A stretch of DNA of 64,000 nucleotides. It comes from Candidatus Omnitrophota bacterium. GTDB taxonomy: Bacteria; Omnitrophota; Omnitrophia; Omnitrophales; Aquincolibacteriaceae. Every line of letters starts with the position of its first letter. Within the stretch, counting starts at the first letter, position 1. The stretch covers positions 1,410 to 65,409 of the forward strand of contig JAZDFE010000040.1 in the NCBI GenBank assembly GCA_043808175.1, written 5' to 3'. The notes below the pieces were generated by a model. That model searched no databases. It saw only the letters and a list, made by a program, of their open reading frames with translations, and was not told the DNA's origin. Positions 8,708 to 18,167 of the stretch are shown here, one piece after another. The position numbers were made by a program, and so were the translations under genes.

Positions 8708-9400
8708 CTATTTCACCGCCATGAATTTCATTTTACTTTCCCCGCAAAGAGGGCAGGCCTGGAAATTGGCTTTCTCCACCACATTCCCGCAGAAGGGACA
8801 AACATAAAAGTCTTTATTCTTGCCCTTCCATCCCCTTAGATTTTCAAGGGCATTTTTGTACAGATTCGCATGGACAGCTTCCGCCTTCCCGGCATCCTCA
8901 AAAGCATCGCTCGCGGATTTGATACCATCCTTTTCTGCTTTGGTCAAAAATCCAGGATACATGACCGTGCTTTCATAGATCTCGCCATCCATCGCGGCTT
9001 TAAGATTTTCCGCGGTGCTCTTTACGATCGGCGTTTCGATCGTGGCCGCAGGAACACCTTCGAGCTCTTTGATCGCTTTGGCATGACGTTCAAAATGGAC
9101 TTGCTCGGCACGGGCGGCGGCCCTGAAAAGACTCGCGGCTTTGCCGTACCCTTCCGCATCCGACTTTTGCGCGAACGCGAGATAGCGTGCATTGGCGTTG
9201 CTCTCGCCATTAAATGCGGTCTGAAGATTGTCGAGCGTGGTCTTTTCAACTGCCGCCTGAGGCGCAGAAGGCGCTCCCGGGATTGTCGCCGTGGCCGTCT
9301 GAACGGTTTCCGCAGTTTTCATTTCTTCGGCATAAGCGCAAAATGCACCGGCCCAAAAAAAGAAAGCAGCAACGATAAGAATCTTCTGAAGGTTCTTCAT
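8708..9400 (-). CDS. Rubrerythrin with an N-terminal signal-peptide-like extension
   Basis: Ferritin-like diiron motifs (ESNANARYLAFA, EQVHFERH, EAVHANLY) plus a C-terminal rubredoxin-type CPFCG...CPLCG. The N-terminus is MKNLQKILIVAAFFFWAGAFCAYA. Confidence 0.85.
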   Translation of the reverse strand: MKNLQKILIVAAFFFWAGAFCAYAEEMKTAETVQTATATIPGAPSAPQAAVEKTTLDNLQTAFNGESNANARYLAFAQKSDAEGYGKAASLFRAAARAEQVHFERHAKAIKELEGVPAATIETPIVKSTAENLKAAMDGEIYESTVMYPGFLTKAEKDGIKSASDAFEDAGKAEAVHANLYKNALENLRGWKGKNKDFYVCPFCGNVVEKANFQACPLCGESKMKFMAVK

Positions 9401-9458
9401 GGCGGGTCTCCTTGTTCGTTGAGTTTGAAACGAGGGAATTTTTGAGGTTTTTATTCTA

Positions 9459-10607
9459 TCACAAAAGCGTCGTTTTTAAAGGCCTCTCCTTCCGCAGCAG
9501 GAACTCGAAAACATCTTCGGAAAGGAATTTCCCACGGACCGTCAGGCGGATATTTTCCCCGGATCTTTCCATAAGTCCTTCAGCGCAAAGTGTTTCCAGA
9601 CGCTCCTGAAGCGCTCTCTGGATCTTTGGAAAGGCCTCGGGGACAATGCCGCCGCGAAGCCGGAGGCCTGTCACGAATGTTTCGGTCTCTTTCTCCTCTT
9701 CCGAGAGCCGGTCTTCGACATCATTCTTCCAATTCTTGGCTCCGCATTTTTCAAGATACTTTGCAAGATCCAATGCGAACTGCAAGCGGATCCCGTTTAG
9801 ATAAGTAAAAGCCCCGGGACCCAGACCCAGATATTCCTGATTGTGCCAATAGATGAGATTGTGCCGGGACGCCAGGCCCGGCTTCGCGAAATTAGAGATC
9901 TCGTAATGCTCATAGCCCGCGCTTGTGAGCATCTCGATCGCGCTTTTGTACATCCGGGCATGATCTTCTTCTCCCGGCAGATTCAACTTTCCTTCTTTTT
10001 GAAATCGCCCGAAGAGAGTCCCTTCATGGACCTCCAGATCGTAGAGAGAAACTTGCGAGGCCTCAAGTTCGACACATCGCCGCACGGAATCGCAAAGATC
10101 CTCGACGCTCTGGCCCGACAAACGCAGCATGAGATCGAAACTGATGTTGACGGTCCCGGTTCGCCGTATTTTCGAAACTGTTTCCACGATATCTCTGGCC
10201 GTATGCCTCCGGCCGAGCTTTTTGAGGATTACGTCCCGGAACGACTGGCAGCCGAGACTGACACGATTCACGCCGATCTCGCGAAGCGCTTGCAGCTTTG
10301 CCTCATCGCCATCGTCCGGATTGAGTTCGCAGGTAAATTCATATCCCTCCTTGAACTCGAACGCGGAACGAACCCCCTCGACCAACCGCTTCAGTTCCGG
10401 AATGCTCAGGTTTGAGGGTGTTCCGCCGCCGAGATAAAGCGTGTCAAATGAAAGCCGTCCATAACAGTTATACGCATGTTTTATTTCCGCTGAGACCGCA
10501 TCCAAGAACCGCTCACGCAGGCCGGGAGAGTGCTCCGCCGTGGTTACAAAATTGCAGTAATGGCACCGCGTTTGACAAAAAGGTATGTGGATGTAGAGAC
10601 CGCGCAT
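9459..10607 (-). CDS. hemW: Radical SAM family heme chaperone HemW / oxygen-independent coproporphyrinogen-III oxidase-like
   Basis: N-terminal LYIHIPFCQTRCHYCNF (CxxxCxxC) and HemN-like length and C-terminal domain. Confidence 0.85.
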   Translation of the reverse strand: MRGLYIHIPFCQTRCHYCNFVTTAEHSPGLRERFLDAVSAEIKHAYNCYGRLSFDTLYLGGGTPSNLSIPELKRLVEGVRSAFEFKEGYEFTCELNPDDGDEAKLQALREIGVNRVSLGCQSFRDVILKKLGRRHTARDIVETVSKIRRTGTVNISFDLMLRLSGQSVEDLCDSVRRCVELEASQVSLYDLEVHEGTLFGRFQKEGKLNLPGEEDHARMYKSAIEMLTSAGYEHYEISNFAKPGLASRHNLIYWHNQEYLGLGPGAFTYLNGIRLQFALDLAKYLEKCGAKNWKNDVEDRLSEEEKETETFVTGLRLRGGIVPEAFPKIQRALQERLETLCAEGLMERSGENIRLTVRGKFLSEDVFEFLLRKERPLKTTLL

Positions 10608-10638
10608 GAACGCATTATATAAGAAATACGGTCATGCC

Positions 10639-10686
10639 GGGGAACGGGAAACGATGAATGAAAACGTTCCCCGTCCTACGTTTCCC
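10639..10686 (+). repeat. GGGAAACG-word hairpin (family also at 4712-4733, 21963-21997, 25336-25378, 40660-40736)
   Basis: ggggaacg (10639-46) and gggaaacg (10646-53) are followed by cgttcccc (10665-72) and cgtttccc (10679-86). The pairing needs G-U wobbles that work only on the plus-strand RNA. Confidence 0.45.
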
Positions 10687-10766
10687 GCTTGACGGGTTTA
10701 AAACTGGCACGAGTCTTGCATTCTTTGAGGTGAATTGAGGTATAATAAAAATTTTGAAGGACCTTT

Positions 10767-11237
10767 ATGCCAATGATCACAGATAGGATCATCCGCCTTC
10801 TCGAAAAACGGGAATTCGTCTCGGTTGCGACGGCGACCCCAGACGGACAGCCGAATACTGCCCCGAAGTTCTTCTTCCGTGCCAAAGGGAATTTCATATA
10901 TCTCATCGATTACGTCCTCGGGAAGACGGTAACGAACCTTAAAGAAAATCCAAAGGTCTCGGTCTCTTTCATGGATACGGACAGTCTTGAAGCTTACCGC
11001 CTGAATGGCACGGCAAAACTGATCGAAAAAGGAAGGGTTTTTGAGAACGTCTTCAAGGAATGGGACAAAAAGCTGGTCAAAATGACTACGGACCGGGTGA
11101 TCGATGCCGTCAGGACCGGGAAAAAGCACAATCACTACGAATTGGAAATGACAGAAAAATTCATGGTCCTCAAGATCAAGATCGAAAGCATCGTCAAGAT
11201 CGGCCGCCGTGGAGACATCTGGAAAGAAACAGGCTAA
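10767..11237 (+). CDS. Pyridoxamine 5'-phosphate oxidase family (FMN-binding split barrel) protein
   Basis: [23 protein letters not shown]...[14 protein letters not shown] is typical of PNPOx-like proteins. Confidence 0.7.
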   Translation: MPMITDRIIRLLEKREFVSVATATPDGQPNTAPKFFFRAKGNFIYLIDYVLGKTVTNLKENPKVSVSFMDTDSLEAYRLNGTAKLIEKGRVFENVFKEWDKKLVKMTTDRVIDAVRTGKKHNHYELEMTEKFMVLKIKIESIVKIGRRGDIWKETG

Positions 11238-11389
11238 GCTTCTTTAACTGCGGGTATCTTATCCAGAGCGAGGAAAATTCCGTGGAGAATGGCTTCCGGC
11301 CTCGGGGGGCATCCGGGGATATAAACATCCACGGGAATGGAGTGGTCTACGCCTCCGACAATCGCATATCCGTTGCTTTGCCGCACAAC
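11234..11389 (-). pseudogene. Remnant of a NuoB / [NiFe]-hydrogenase small-subunit-family gene (C-terminal 51 codons + stop only)
   Basis: The minus-strand frame reads [51 protein letters not shown]. It contains the hallmark [16 protein letters not shown]-terminal motif of NuoB-type subunits. It has no upstream coding sequence or start codon and is wedged between the arsR stop and the convergent PNPOx gene. Confidence 0.6.
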
Positions 11390-11391
11390 CT

Positions 11392-11727
11392 TTAGTCCTC
11401 GCCGAGACTTTCCAAAATCTTCTCACTTCTTTTTAATTTTTTCCGGAGAAGTTCGGCGATCGGCCTCAATACTTTAAAAATATCATGATCCTGCAAGCTG
11501 TAATAAACATTCGTCTTTTCCTGGCGAGCTGACAAAACCCCGAGATCCCGCAAGGTAGCCAAATGACGCGACAAACTGGACTGTTCGATCCCCAAAGTCT
11601 GAACGAGCTTTCCCACGCTGGCTTCTCTGTTCTTGAGATATTCAATAACCTGAAGACGGGCGGGATGCGCCAAGGCTTTTAAAAAATCCGCTTTGATCTT
11701 GAATACCATATCATCTATTTTTTTCAT
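11392..11727 (-). CDS. ArsR/SmtB family transcriptional regulator
   Basis: [16 protein letters not shown]...[28 protein letters not shown] winged-HTH signature. Confidence 0.85.
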   Translation of the reverse strand: MKKIDDMVFKIKADFLKALAHPARLQVIEYLKNREASVGKLVQTLGIEQSSLSRHLATLRDLGVLSARQEKTNVYYSLQDHDIFKVLRPIAELLRKKLKRSEKILESLGED

Positions 11728-11995
11728 AACCCTTTCTGCGCAGCGATTTCGTTAACCTGAGGATATTTTCAAATAACTCTTTTGCCAAACACGACGATCT
11801 TTTTCTCATTAATACCATTTTGAAACTTTTCAGATCAAAAAAAGTCTATTTCATTATACTATTTTCAACAAAAGCAACTGACACAAAATACATCATGGGC
11901 ACCAGGATCGGAGTATTCTAATTCCATGCTCCTGAACCGCGTCAAAACTTACGCCGTTCTTATCAGCTTCGCTTAATTTACAATCTCAGTCAGCT

Positions 11996-12292
11996 TTATT
12001 TTACTTCCAAAACGGTATTCTTAGAACCAAACTGATTGGTTACGGTCTTCTTAGCGCGAGGGTCATCGATCCACTGCCCATCCACAAAAAACCGGTATTC
12101 ATACCTGCCCGGCTTCAGTTGAATCGATCCTTTCCAAATCCCCCGGTAATCTTTTGTCAAACGACCGGCATTTGTGCGCCATTCATTAAAGGTGCCGCAC
12201 ACGTTGACGCTTTTAGCCTGCGGTGCGGACAATTGAAATTCCACTGCTTGTTCACCCATACTCGGTTTAATTTTTGACATTACGATACTCAT
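11996..12292 (-). CDS. Stand-alone glycogen-binding (CBM48 / AMPK-beta GBD-like) domain protein
   Basis: VEFQLSAPQAKSVNVCGTFNEWR...WKGSIQLKPGRYEYRFFVDGQWIDDP matches the E-set/CBM48 pattern. Confidence 0.7.
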   Translation of the reverse strand: MSIVMSKIKPSMGEQAVEFQLSAPQAKSVNVCGTFNEWRTNAGRLTKDYRGIWKGSIQLKPGRYEYRFFVDGQWIDDPRAKKTVTNQFGSKNTVLEVK

Positions 12293-12346
12293 TTCACACC
12301 TCCCCGTTTTAAAAGCCCCAGCGCAAAATTGCGCTTTTCTGCCGAC

Positions 12347-12832
12347 TCATTCTTTATTTCCCGCTAAAACCGTAATCCGTGCTTCCTGTTCGCTAATTAT
12401 TTTGATCACTTGTCTAGGTGTCGCAGCTCTTCGGATTAACCCTGTTACAAAGTCATCACGAAGAAGCCTTGCTAAGCCGGCAAGGACGATCAAATGAACC
12501 CCCACAGGATTCTGGGGATAGACCATGAGAAAGAAAACATGGACCAGCTCCCCGTCAAGCGCATGAAAATCAACGCCCTTTTTCGATACAGCTAAAAGAC
12601 CTTGAGGCTTGGGGATTGCTTCTGATTTCGCGTGGGGTATTGCAATCCCATTTCCAAGCCCCGTGGATCCTAATTCTTCGCGCTGCATTAGAGAAGAAAA
12701 CAGGCATTTAGGATCCACGCTGGGATGAATCTCATGGAACTTTTCCGCCAGTTTACGAAGCGTCTCCTTTTTGTTTTTGGCTTCAAATTGCAAAAGGACC
12801 GATGAAGAACTGATCAATTCCGAAATTTTCAT
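12347..12832 (-). CDS. ptsN: PTS EIIA-Ntr-like (PtsN family) regulatory protein
   Basis: REELGSTGLGNGIAIPHAK active-site region; ~160 aa. Confidence 0.8.
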   Translation of the reverse strand: MKISELISSSSVLLQFEAKNKKETLRKLAEKFHEIHPSVDPKCLFSSLMQREELGSTGLGNGIAIPHAKSEAIPKPQGLLAVSKKGVDFHALDGELVHVFFLMVYPQNPVGVHLIVLAGLARLLRDDFVTGLIRRAATPRQVIKIISEQEARITVLAGNKE

Positions 12833-12875
12833 ATCTGCCTTTGGGCCTCTGGTTGTGTTTTTCCGCCTCTTTTTC

Positions 12876-13655
12876 TTATTTCACCACCATGACGGGACAG
12901 TTCGCCTCTTCCGCCATCGCGTGAGAAAAAAGGCGAAATCGATGGTCCCTCCAATCTTCCAATTCATTTGCGCCAAGTATTAAAAGATCGGATTTCCCGG
13001 CATCACATTCTGCAAGAAGAGTCTGTTTAACATCACCATGCAAGATCTTGTAATCCACTTTTATTTTCCACCTCTCGAGCAAGTATTGCGCCTGGGACTG
13101 AGCCGCTCTGAGGGAGAGCGATGTGCCCGTTCCGATCGCAATAATTCTAACGTGAGCCTGTCCGTACTTACTCAACATTGCTGTCATCCCAAGAGCCCGG
13201 TCGCTGAATCTCCCGTTGACATGCGCTAAAAGAATTTCTTTAAAATCCCGGTTGAAAGTTTTCGGCACAATAAGAACCGGACCCGGAACTTCCCGAAGCA
13301 CCCCTTTCAGATCAAACGAAGCATCGCCTTTAAGCAAAACCAAAAGCTCGCTGAGAGAAAACTCTTTTAATGCTTTTTGTAGTGAGTCCCCGAAAATGAC
13401 CGCGTCCCACGCGACCCCGCTTTGATCCGCCTGAGCCTCCAAATAGTTCCTATGAAATGCTTCCGTCTCTTCTGGCTTTATCGCGGGTATTCGAGGTTTC
13501 TCGGAAGCAAAACTCAAAGATTCGAGAAGCCGCACCCGGACTTTAAATATTCGGGCAATCCGCACTGCGGTTTTAAGGAGATGAGGAAACGAATCCTTCT
13601 CCGGAGCCAAAACTAACACGTCAGTGATCAATTTCTCCGTTGGATGCTTTTGCAT
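12876..13655 (-). CDS. Universal stress protein family (tandem USP domains)
   Basis: Two USP-like halves, each ending in a ...PVLIVP / CPVMVVK type motif. Confidence 0.65.
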   Translation of the reverse strand: MQKHPTEKLITDVLVLAPEKDSFPHLLKTAVRIARIFKVRVRLLESLSFASEKPRIPAIKPEETEAFHRNYLEAQADQSGVAWDAVIFGDSLQKALKEFSLSELLVLLKGDASFDLKGVLREVPGPVLIVPKTFNRDFKEILLAHVNGRFSDRALGMTAMLSKYGQAHVRIIAIGTGTSLSLRAAQSQAQYLLERWKIKVDYKILHGDVKQTLLAECDAGKSDLLILGANELEDWRDHRFRLFSHAMAEEANCPVMVVK

Positions 13656-13657
13656 TC

Positions 13658-14257
13658 TTAATCTTTATACATGAGGATGTCGCCCAGCCAGGGATGAACC
13701 ACAAGATGAGGCCTTAAATTCTTTCTGATAAGTGAGAACGCTTTCTTGACAGGAATCTTTAACACAATCGCTATTTCCTGGGCCAAGGCCTCGGCGGCAT
13801 GCTTTACAATCTTGCTTTCTCCCCGATCGCAATACAGTTGCTTTGACACTGCCATCAGAAGCACTTCAGCGAATGCTTGGGCTGTATTCCCCTGCGCGAC
13901 CGTTCGTAACTGAAAAGAATAATTTTCGTTGGGGAAGTTTTCTGGTTCTGTTTTTCCGCAACGGAATGAGACAAAAATGTTTTCTATCTCTTTTTCAGAA
14001 ATGGGCCGATGAAAACCGGATTGGATCGCTTGATAAACGCCCACAAAATATCTTGAGAGGTGTTTCCCGGGCCGGGCTGGCTCGATCCAATAACTCAGTC
14101 CTTCTAAACCGCTGGGTTTTCCTACGATTCCTTTAACCACACAAAGCCCATGAATAGAATGAAAAAGAACATCCCCCCTCTGAAACGGCAACCCCTGTGT
14201 AGCCGCTGCATGTTCTGTTCGTGCTTTCTCAGTTTTCCGGTCAGCCAAGTCGAGCAT
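13658..14257 (-). CDS. CarD/CdnL/TRCF-domain-like protein
   Basis: N-terminal FQRGDVLFHSIHGLCVVKGI resembles the CarD_TRCF RNAP-interacting domain. The rest is unassigned. Confidence 0.45.
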   Translation of the reverse strand: MLDLADRKTEKARTEHAAATQGLPFQRGDVLFHSIHGLCVVKGIVGKPSGLEGLSYWIEPARPGKHLSRYFVGVYQAIQSGFHRPISEKEIENIFVSFRCGKTEPENFPNENYSFQLRTVAQGNTAQAFAEVLLMAVSKQLYCDRGESKIVKHAAEALAQEIAIVLKIPVKKAFSLIRKNLRPHLVVHPWLGDILMYKD

Positions 14258-14755
14258 CTCGCGCCTCCTGATTTAACATGCATTGAAGCAGTCCGCTATC
14301 GACCTAAAAAACAAAACCTTTTAAAAAAACGGCCCGGATAACAGCCCCTAGGGTCCATGTTTTGAGCGTCACAAGCTCACGGAATATATAGCTATTTTCA
14401 TATATTCTTATATGAACATTTATGCATATTACAGCAAAAAAAGAGAGGTGTCAATATCATCCGATGACCTTTTCGAAACTGAACGGCATTGTCGTTGACA
14501 TTCACTCACCCAATAACCATGCCTGGCTTAAAAAGATTCTCGTCCCGTTGTCCCCACCGTTGCGAGAGAAAAAGGTCCGCCAACTTCTCTATCGTAGTGC
14601 AGCAACAGCCCTGCCATTGAAAATGCTCTTTCGGGTATGAATCACGTTAAGGGGATATTAGGGAAGGATAAACCGAGAAAAATAAAGGGACTTTGGAAAA
14701 TCAGGCGCCCAAGTCTTTATTTTCTTTTCATGAAAGGCGACTTGGACAGCACTGC

Positions 14756-14836
14756 CCTGATCTCTTGTTTCTTTTCCCCAAGGGTGATCAGGACTGTTCT
14801 GGTTAACTTTCAATTTTAAATTAATGAGAACCAGGA
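14756..14836. repeat. Double-hairpin intergenic element, copy B (related to 3523..3597)
   Basis: cctgatc (14756-62) pairs with gatcagg (14786-92). Next to it, gttctggtt (14795-803) pairs with aaccaggac (14828-36). Confidence 0.45.
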
Positions 14837-14866
14837 CTGATTTCCAGTTGAAAAAATTAATGACAA

Positions 14867-15274
14867 TCAGGCGGTTTCTGCGGCCAGGAGTATATCTGCA
14901 ATGCTCTTAAGGAGGACGGCCTTATCATTCCCTTTCACAAAATAACCAGCGATTCCCTCGAACCGGAACAGGTCCCTCATCGTTTCATAACCGGTCAGAA
15001 TCACAACGGGTGTTCTCTTTACCACTTCGTTGGTTTTCAGGCGCCGCACAAAAGTGAAACCGTCCATCGCCGGCATTTTAATATCCAATAGGATCAGGTT
15101 CGGCTTTTCGTTTAGAGCTTTTTCGAACCCCTCTTCCCCGTCATTGGAGACTACGATCTCATAACCTTTTGACTCCAGTTGCAAACCGAGCATCTTCGTA
15201 TAGTCTTCGTCATCATCAATGATCAATATTTTTTTCACCGCCTCACCGTCTCCTTTTAGGACCACTTCTGCCAA
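14867..15274 (-). CDS. Single-domain response regulator (CheY-like receiver)
   Basis: KILIIDDDED...LILLDIKMPAMDGF...PVVILTG receiver motifs. Confidence 0.85.
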   Translation of the reverse strand: MAEVVLKGDGEAVKKILIIDDDEDYTKMLGLQLESKGYEIVVSNDGEEGFEKALNEKPNLILLDIKMPAMDGFTFVRRLKTNEVVKRTPVVILTGYETMRDLFRFEGIAGYFVKGNDKAVLLKSIADILLAAETA

Positions 15275-15363
15275 CTCGTTTTATTTCTCAAACGAGGACA
15301 TCGCATCAAAAAGTGATTATCATTCTAAGGAAAAAACTTTCGAAACGCTACTTTCTTTTCGTC

Positions 15364-16641
15364 TCAATCCGGGCTTTCATTAAGGCATTTTCCCCCGCAT
15401 TGGTCTCTATTTTTTTCTCTTTTTAAAAAATCAGGGCCGCCGAGGACCCGGGCAAGAAGCATGGAAACCACAGTATCTCCGGAAGAATTGACCATGGTGG
15501 CGGGCGGATCCACCAAAGTGCCCACCATGGAAATGAGGGGCAGGGCCTCCACGGGAAAACCGTAAAGCGTGACGATCAATAATTCACCCAAAAATCCGCC
15601 GCCCGGGATACCGCTCATCACCATGCCGCTCAGAATCGCGACGCCGACAGCCGTCACGATCGTACCCGCACCGGCGAACGGCATCCCGAAAAAGGCGAAA
15701 AGAAGCGCTATCTTTAAAATGGCGGACATGCAGGTGCCGTCCATATGGATCGTGGCGCCGATCGGGATCACGATCCGACTGATGTCTTTGGGAACGCCGA
15801 TCTTGTCCGCGGCTTCAAGGTTCGCGGGAACGGTTGCGAGGCTGCTCCCTGTGCCCCACGCTGTAAGCGCAGGCGTGAGGATATTTCCCCAGAACCGTTT
15901 AAATCCCTCTCGACCGCCCGCAAAAAATGCATAAATCGAAAATCCGATGAAAAAATAAAGGATTGCGAGTGGATAATAAACCGCCACCACATGGAGATAA
16001 GAACCCAAAAGATCGGCCCCAAGTGTTCCCACCAGATACGCAAAGTATGCGCCAAGACCGACCGGCGCCAAGAACATAATGAGATGGATTGCTTTCATCA
16101 TCACTTTATTTGTGGAAATCAGAAAATTCACAAACGGTTTTCCGTCTTCTTTGGCGAGCGATGCCGCGAGTCCTACAAGGATGGCGAACACGATCAGGGC
16201 CAGCATGTTCTGTTTTGAAAGAAGATGCACAAAATCCGGAACGGTAAAGGCCTTGAGAATATCCCCGAAAGTCTTTGTCTGCGCAACTTCCGCGGGCAGG
16301 TTCAATATGGGATGACTTGCCATGACCGGCGGGAAAACCTTCACACCGAGGACCATAAGAAGTGACGAAAGAATGCCGGTTGCGATAAAGATGAGGAGCA
16401 TTCCGCCCATGATCTTTCCAAGGCGGCGGAGGTCGGACATTTCAGCGATCGACGACGAGATCGAAAAAAAGACGAGCGGCACCACGGCCGTGAAAAGCAG
16501 GTTCAGAAAAATATCACCGAGCGGCTTTACGAACGCTATCTTTTCCTTGAAGACGACCCCCAATCCGGCCCCGAGAGCGATCGAGCAAAGCAATATTAGC
16601 GAGAAGGAATAGTTTTTAAGAAAGTTTCTTTTTACTAGCAT
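15364..16641 (-). CDS. Dicarboxylate/amino acid:cation symporter (DAACS family)
   Basis: 425-aa polytopic membrane protein with GATIHMDGT and SSGDTVVS motifs typical of GltP/SstT-type carriers. Confidence 0.85.
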   Translation of the reverse strand: MLVKRNFLKNYSFSLILLCSIALGAGLGVVFKEKIAFVKPLGDIFLNLLFTAVVPLVFFSISSSIAEMSDLRRLGKIMGGMLLIFIATGILSSLLMVLGVKVFPPVMASHPILNLPAEVAQTKTFGDILKAFTVPDFVHLLSKQNMLALIVFAILVGLAASLAKEDGKPFVNFLISTNKVMMKAIHLIMFLAPVGLGAYFAYLVGTLGADLLGSYLHVVAVYYPLAILYFFIGFSIYAFFAGGREGFKRFWGNILTPALTAWGTGSSLATVPANLEAADKIGVPKDISRIVIPIGATIHMDGTCMSAILKIALLFAFFGMPFAGAGTIVTAVGVAILSGMVMSGIPGGGFLGELLIVTLYGFPVEALPLISMVGTLVDPPATMVNSSGDTVVSMLLARVLGGPDFLKREKNRDQCGGKCLNESPD

Positions 16642-16849
16642 GAAACCCTTTCTTTCAACCGTTCAACGAACCACGCTCCACGTACCACGTGGACCTTGTT
16701 CCGTGGAACGTGGCCCGCGGCGCTTCGACCCGCACATTCTATTTGATTTCCCACTTAAAATCAGTAAGCTTCATTCATCTATCCTTGTCTTGAATTCTTT
16801 ACTTAAAGGGTTGACAAGGATTGCCCCAATTTCAACTTTGTTGAAATTG

Positions 16850-18076
16850 ATGAGAATTGGGACTATGGATCAAAACAAAAGAAAAGCCTTCCAACTCATC
16901 CTTCTCTTTGGCCTTGTGAGTCTTTTTGGGGACATCATTTACGAGGGGGCGCGAAGTGTCAATGGTCCGTATCTCAAAGTCCTCGGGGCGAATGCCCTCG
17001 TGGTCGGATTTGTCGCGGGGCTTGGAGAATTCATGGGCTACGGCATACGCCTTTTGTCCGGATATTTTTCTGACAAAACAAAGTCCTATTGGTTCTTCAC
17101 GATCCTGGGCTATGCCCTCCTCATCAGTGTCCCTCTCCTGGCGCTTACCGGATTCTGGAAGATCGCGGCGCTCCTGATCGTGATGGAGCGCATCGGAAAA
17201 GCTATCCGAAGCCCCGCCAAGGACACCATTCTTTCTCAAGCCACCAAGCAGGTCGGCACCGGGTTCGGTTTTGGCCTTAATGAGGCCATGGACCAGATCG
17301 GGGCGATCATCGGGCCTCTTCTTTTTACGGTCGCGTTCATGGGAACCGCCCAGGCCGAAAAAGGTCTCCGGGATTATCAGGCGGGTTATCACCTGCTTTG
17401 GTTGCCCTTCTTTTTCTTGATGGCTTGCGTTCTTTTCGCTTACTGGAAAACGCCGAACCCTGAAATGCTTGAAACCACGGTCACAAAAAACGAGTCTGAA
17501 AAACTCCCGAAGATCTTTTGGCTTTACACTGCATTCAGTTTCTTCGCCACCGCGGGCTTCGTAAGCTTTGTCCTGATGGCTTATCATTTTAAAGCCAGGC
17601 ATGTGCTTTCCGACGCCCAGATCCCTTTTTTCTATGCGATCGCCATGGGCGTCGACGGCGTCGCGGCGCTCGTGATCGGAAAGATCTACGACCGGATGAA
17701 AAAGAAGCAAAAACACGAGTGGGCCGGTATCGGGACGCTTCTCATGATCCCGGTCCTCTCGGCCGTGATCCCTTTCCTTTGTTTCACCACGACACCCTGG
17801 ATCGTCATTGTGAGCATCCTTCTCTGGGGTATTGTCATGGCAGGACATGAAACCATTATGAAATCCGCGATCGCGGACATCACACCGCTGAGAAAACGTG
17901 GCACCGGCTACGGCATCCTGAATGTGGCCTACGGCCTTGCGATGCTCGCGGGCGGCATCGCGATGGGCTTCCTCTACGACCGTTCGCTCCTCGCGCTCAT
18001 GATCGGCGTCGCGGTACTGGAACTTGTCTCGTTGCCCTTTTTCTTCGCCATGAAAAAAGAAATCTCTACATCTTGA
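16850..18076 (+). CDS. MFS transporter
   Basis: About 12 predicted TM segments. Probable start is the internal ATG 16850 (or 16865); the upstream 70 codons of the ORF run through a CCACG/CGTGG hairpin region. Confidence 0.8.
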   Translation: MRIGTMDQNKRKAFQLILLFGLVSLFGDIIYEGARSVNGPYLKVLGANALVVGFVAGLGEFMGYGIRLLSGYFSDKTKSYWFFTILGYALLISVPLLALTGFWKIAALLIVMERIGKAIRSPAKDTILSQATKQVGTGFGFGLNEAMDQIGAIIGPLLFTVAFMGTAQAEKGLRDYQAGYHLLWLPFFFLMACVLFAYWKTPNPEMLETTVTKNESEKLPKIFWLYTAFSFFATAGFVSFVLMAYHFKARHVLSDAQIPFFYAIAMGVDGVAALVIGKIYDRMKKKQKHEWAGIGTLLMIPVLSAVIPFLCFTTTPWIVIVSILLWGIVMAGHETIMKSAIADITPLRKRGTGYGILNVAYGLAMLAGGIAMGFLYDRSLLALMIGVAVLELVSLPFFFAMKKEISTS

Positions 18077-18167
18077 AGCAAGCTAAAGTATAATCTCCCA
18101 TCGCTTTTTAGAAAAACTGCGGTTTCGGCGTCATAATGACCCGTTTGTTTTTAAATTAAGGAGAATC

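Noticed and set aside
14422-14819. ORFs 14422..14640 and 14637..14819 in the long gap upstream of the CarD-like gene
   Set aside because: They have no RBS and no recognisable family, their composition is unlike neighbouring genes, and the second overlaps the double-hairpin element. They are kept only as part of the unexplained-gap observation.
16811-16816. TTGACA hexamer upstream of the MFS gene as a -35 box
   Set aside because: No acceptable -10 hexamer lies at 16-18 bp spacing.
16640-16849. N-terminal extensions of listed ORFs: MFS 16640, hss 18894, sodB 27417, ygiQ 27160, ABC ATPase 35200, ArsC-like 36427, GIY-YIG 43757, acyltransferase 22035
   Set aside because: In each case, family homology begins at an internal ATG preceded by a Shine-Dalgarno-like sequence. 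The extension runs through intergenic hairpin repeats and gives implausible Arg/Pro-rich peptides.
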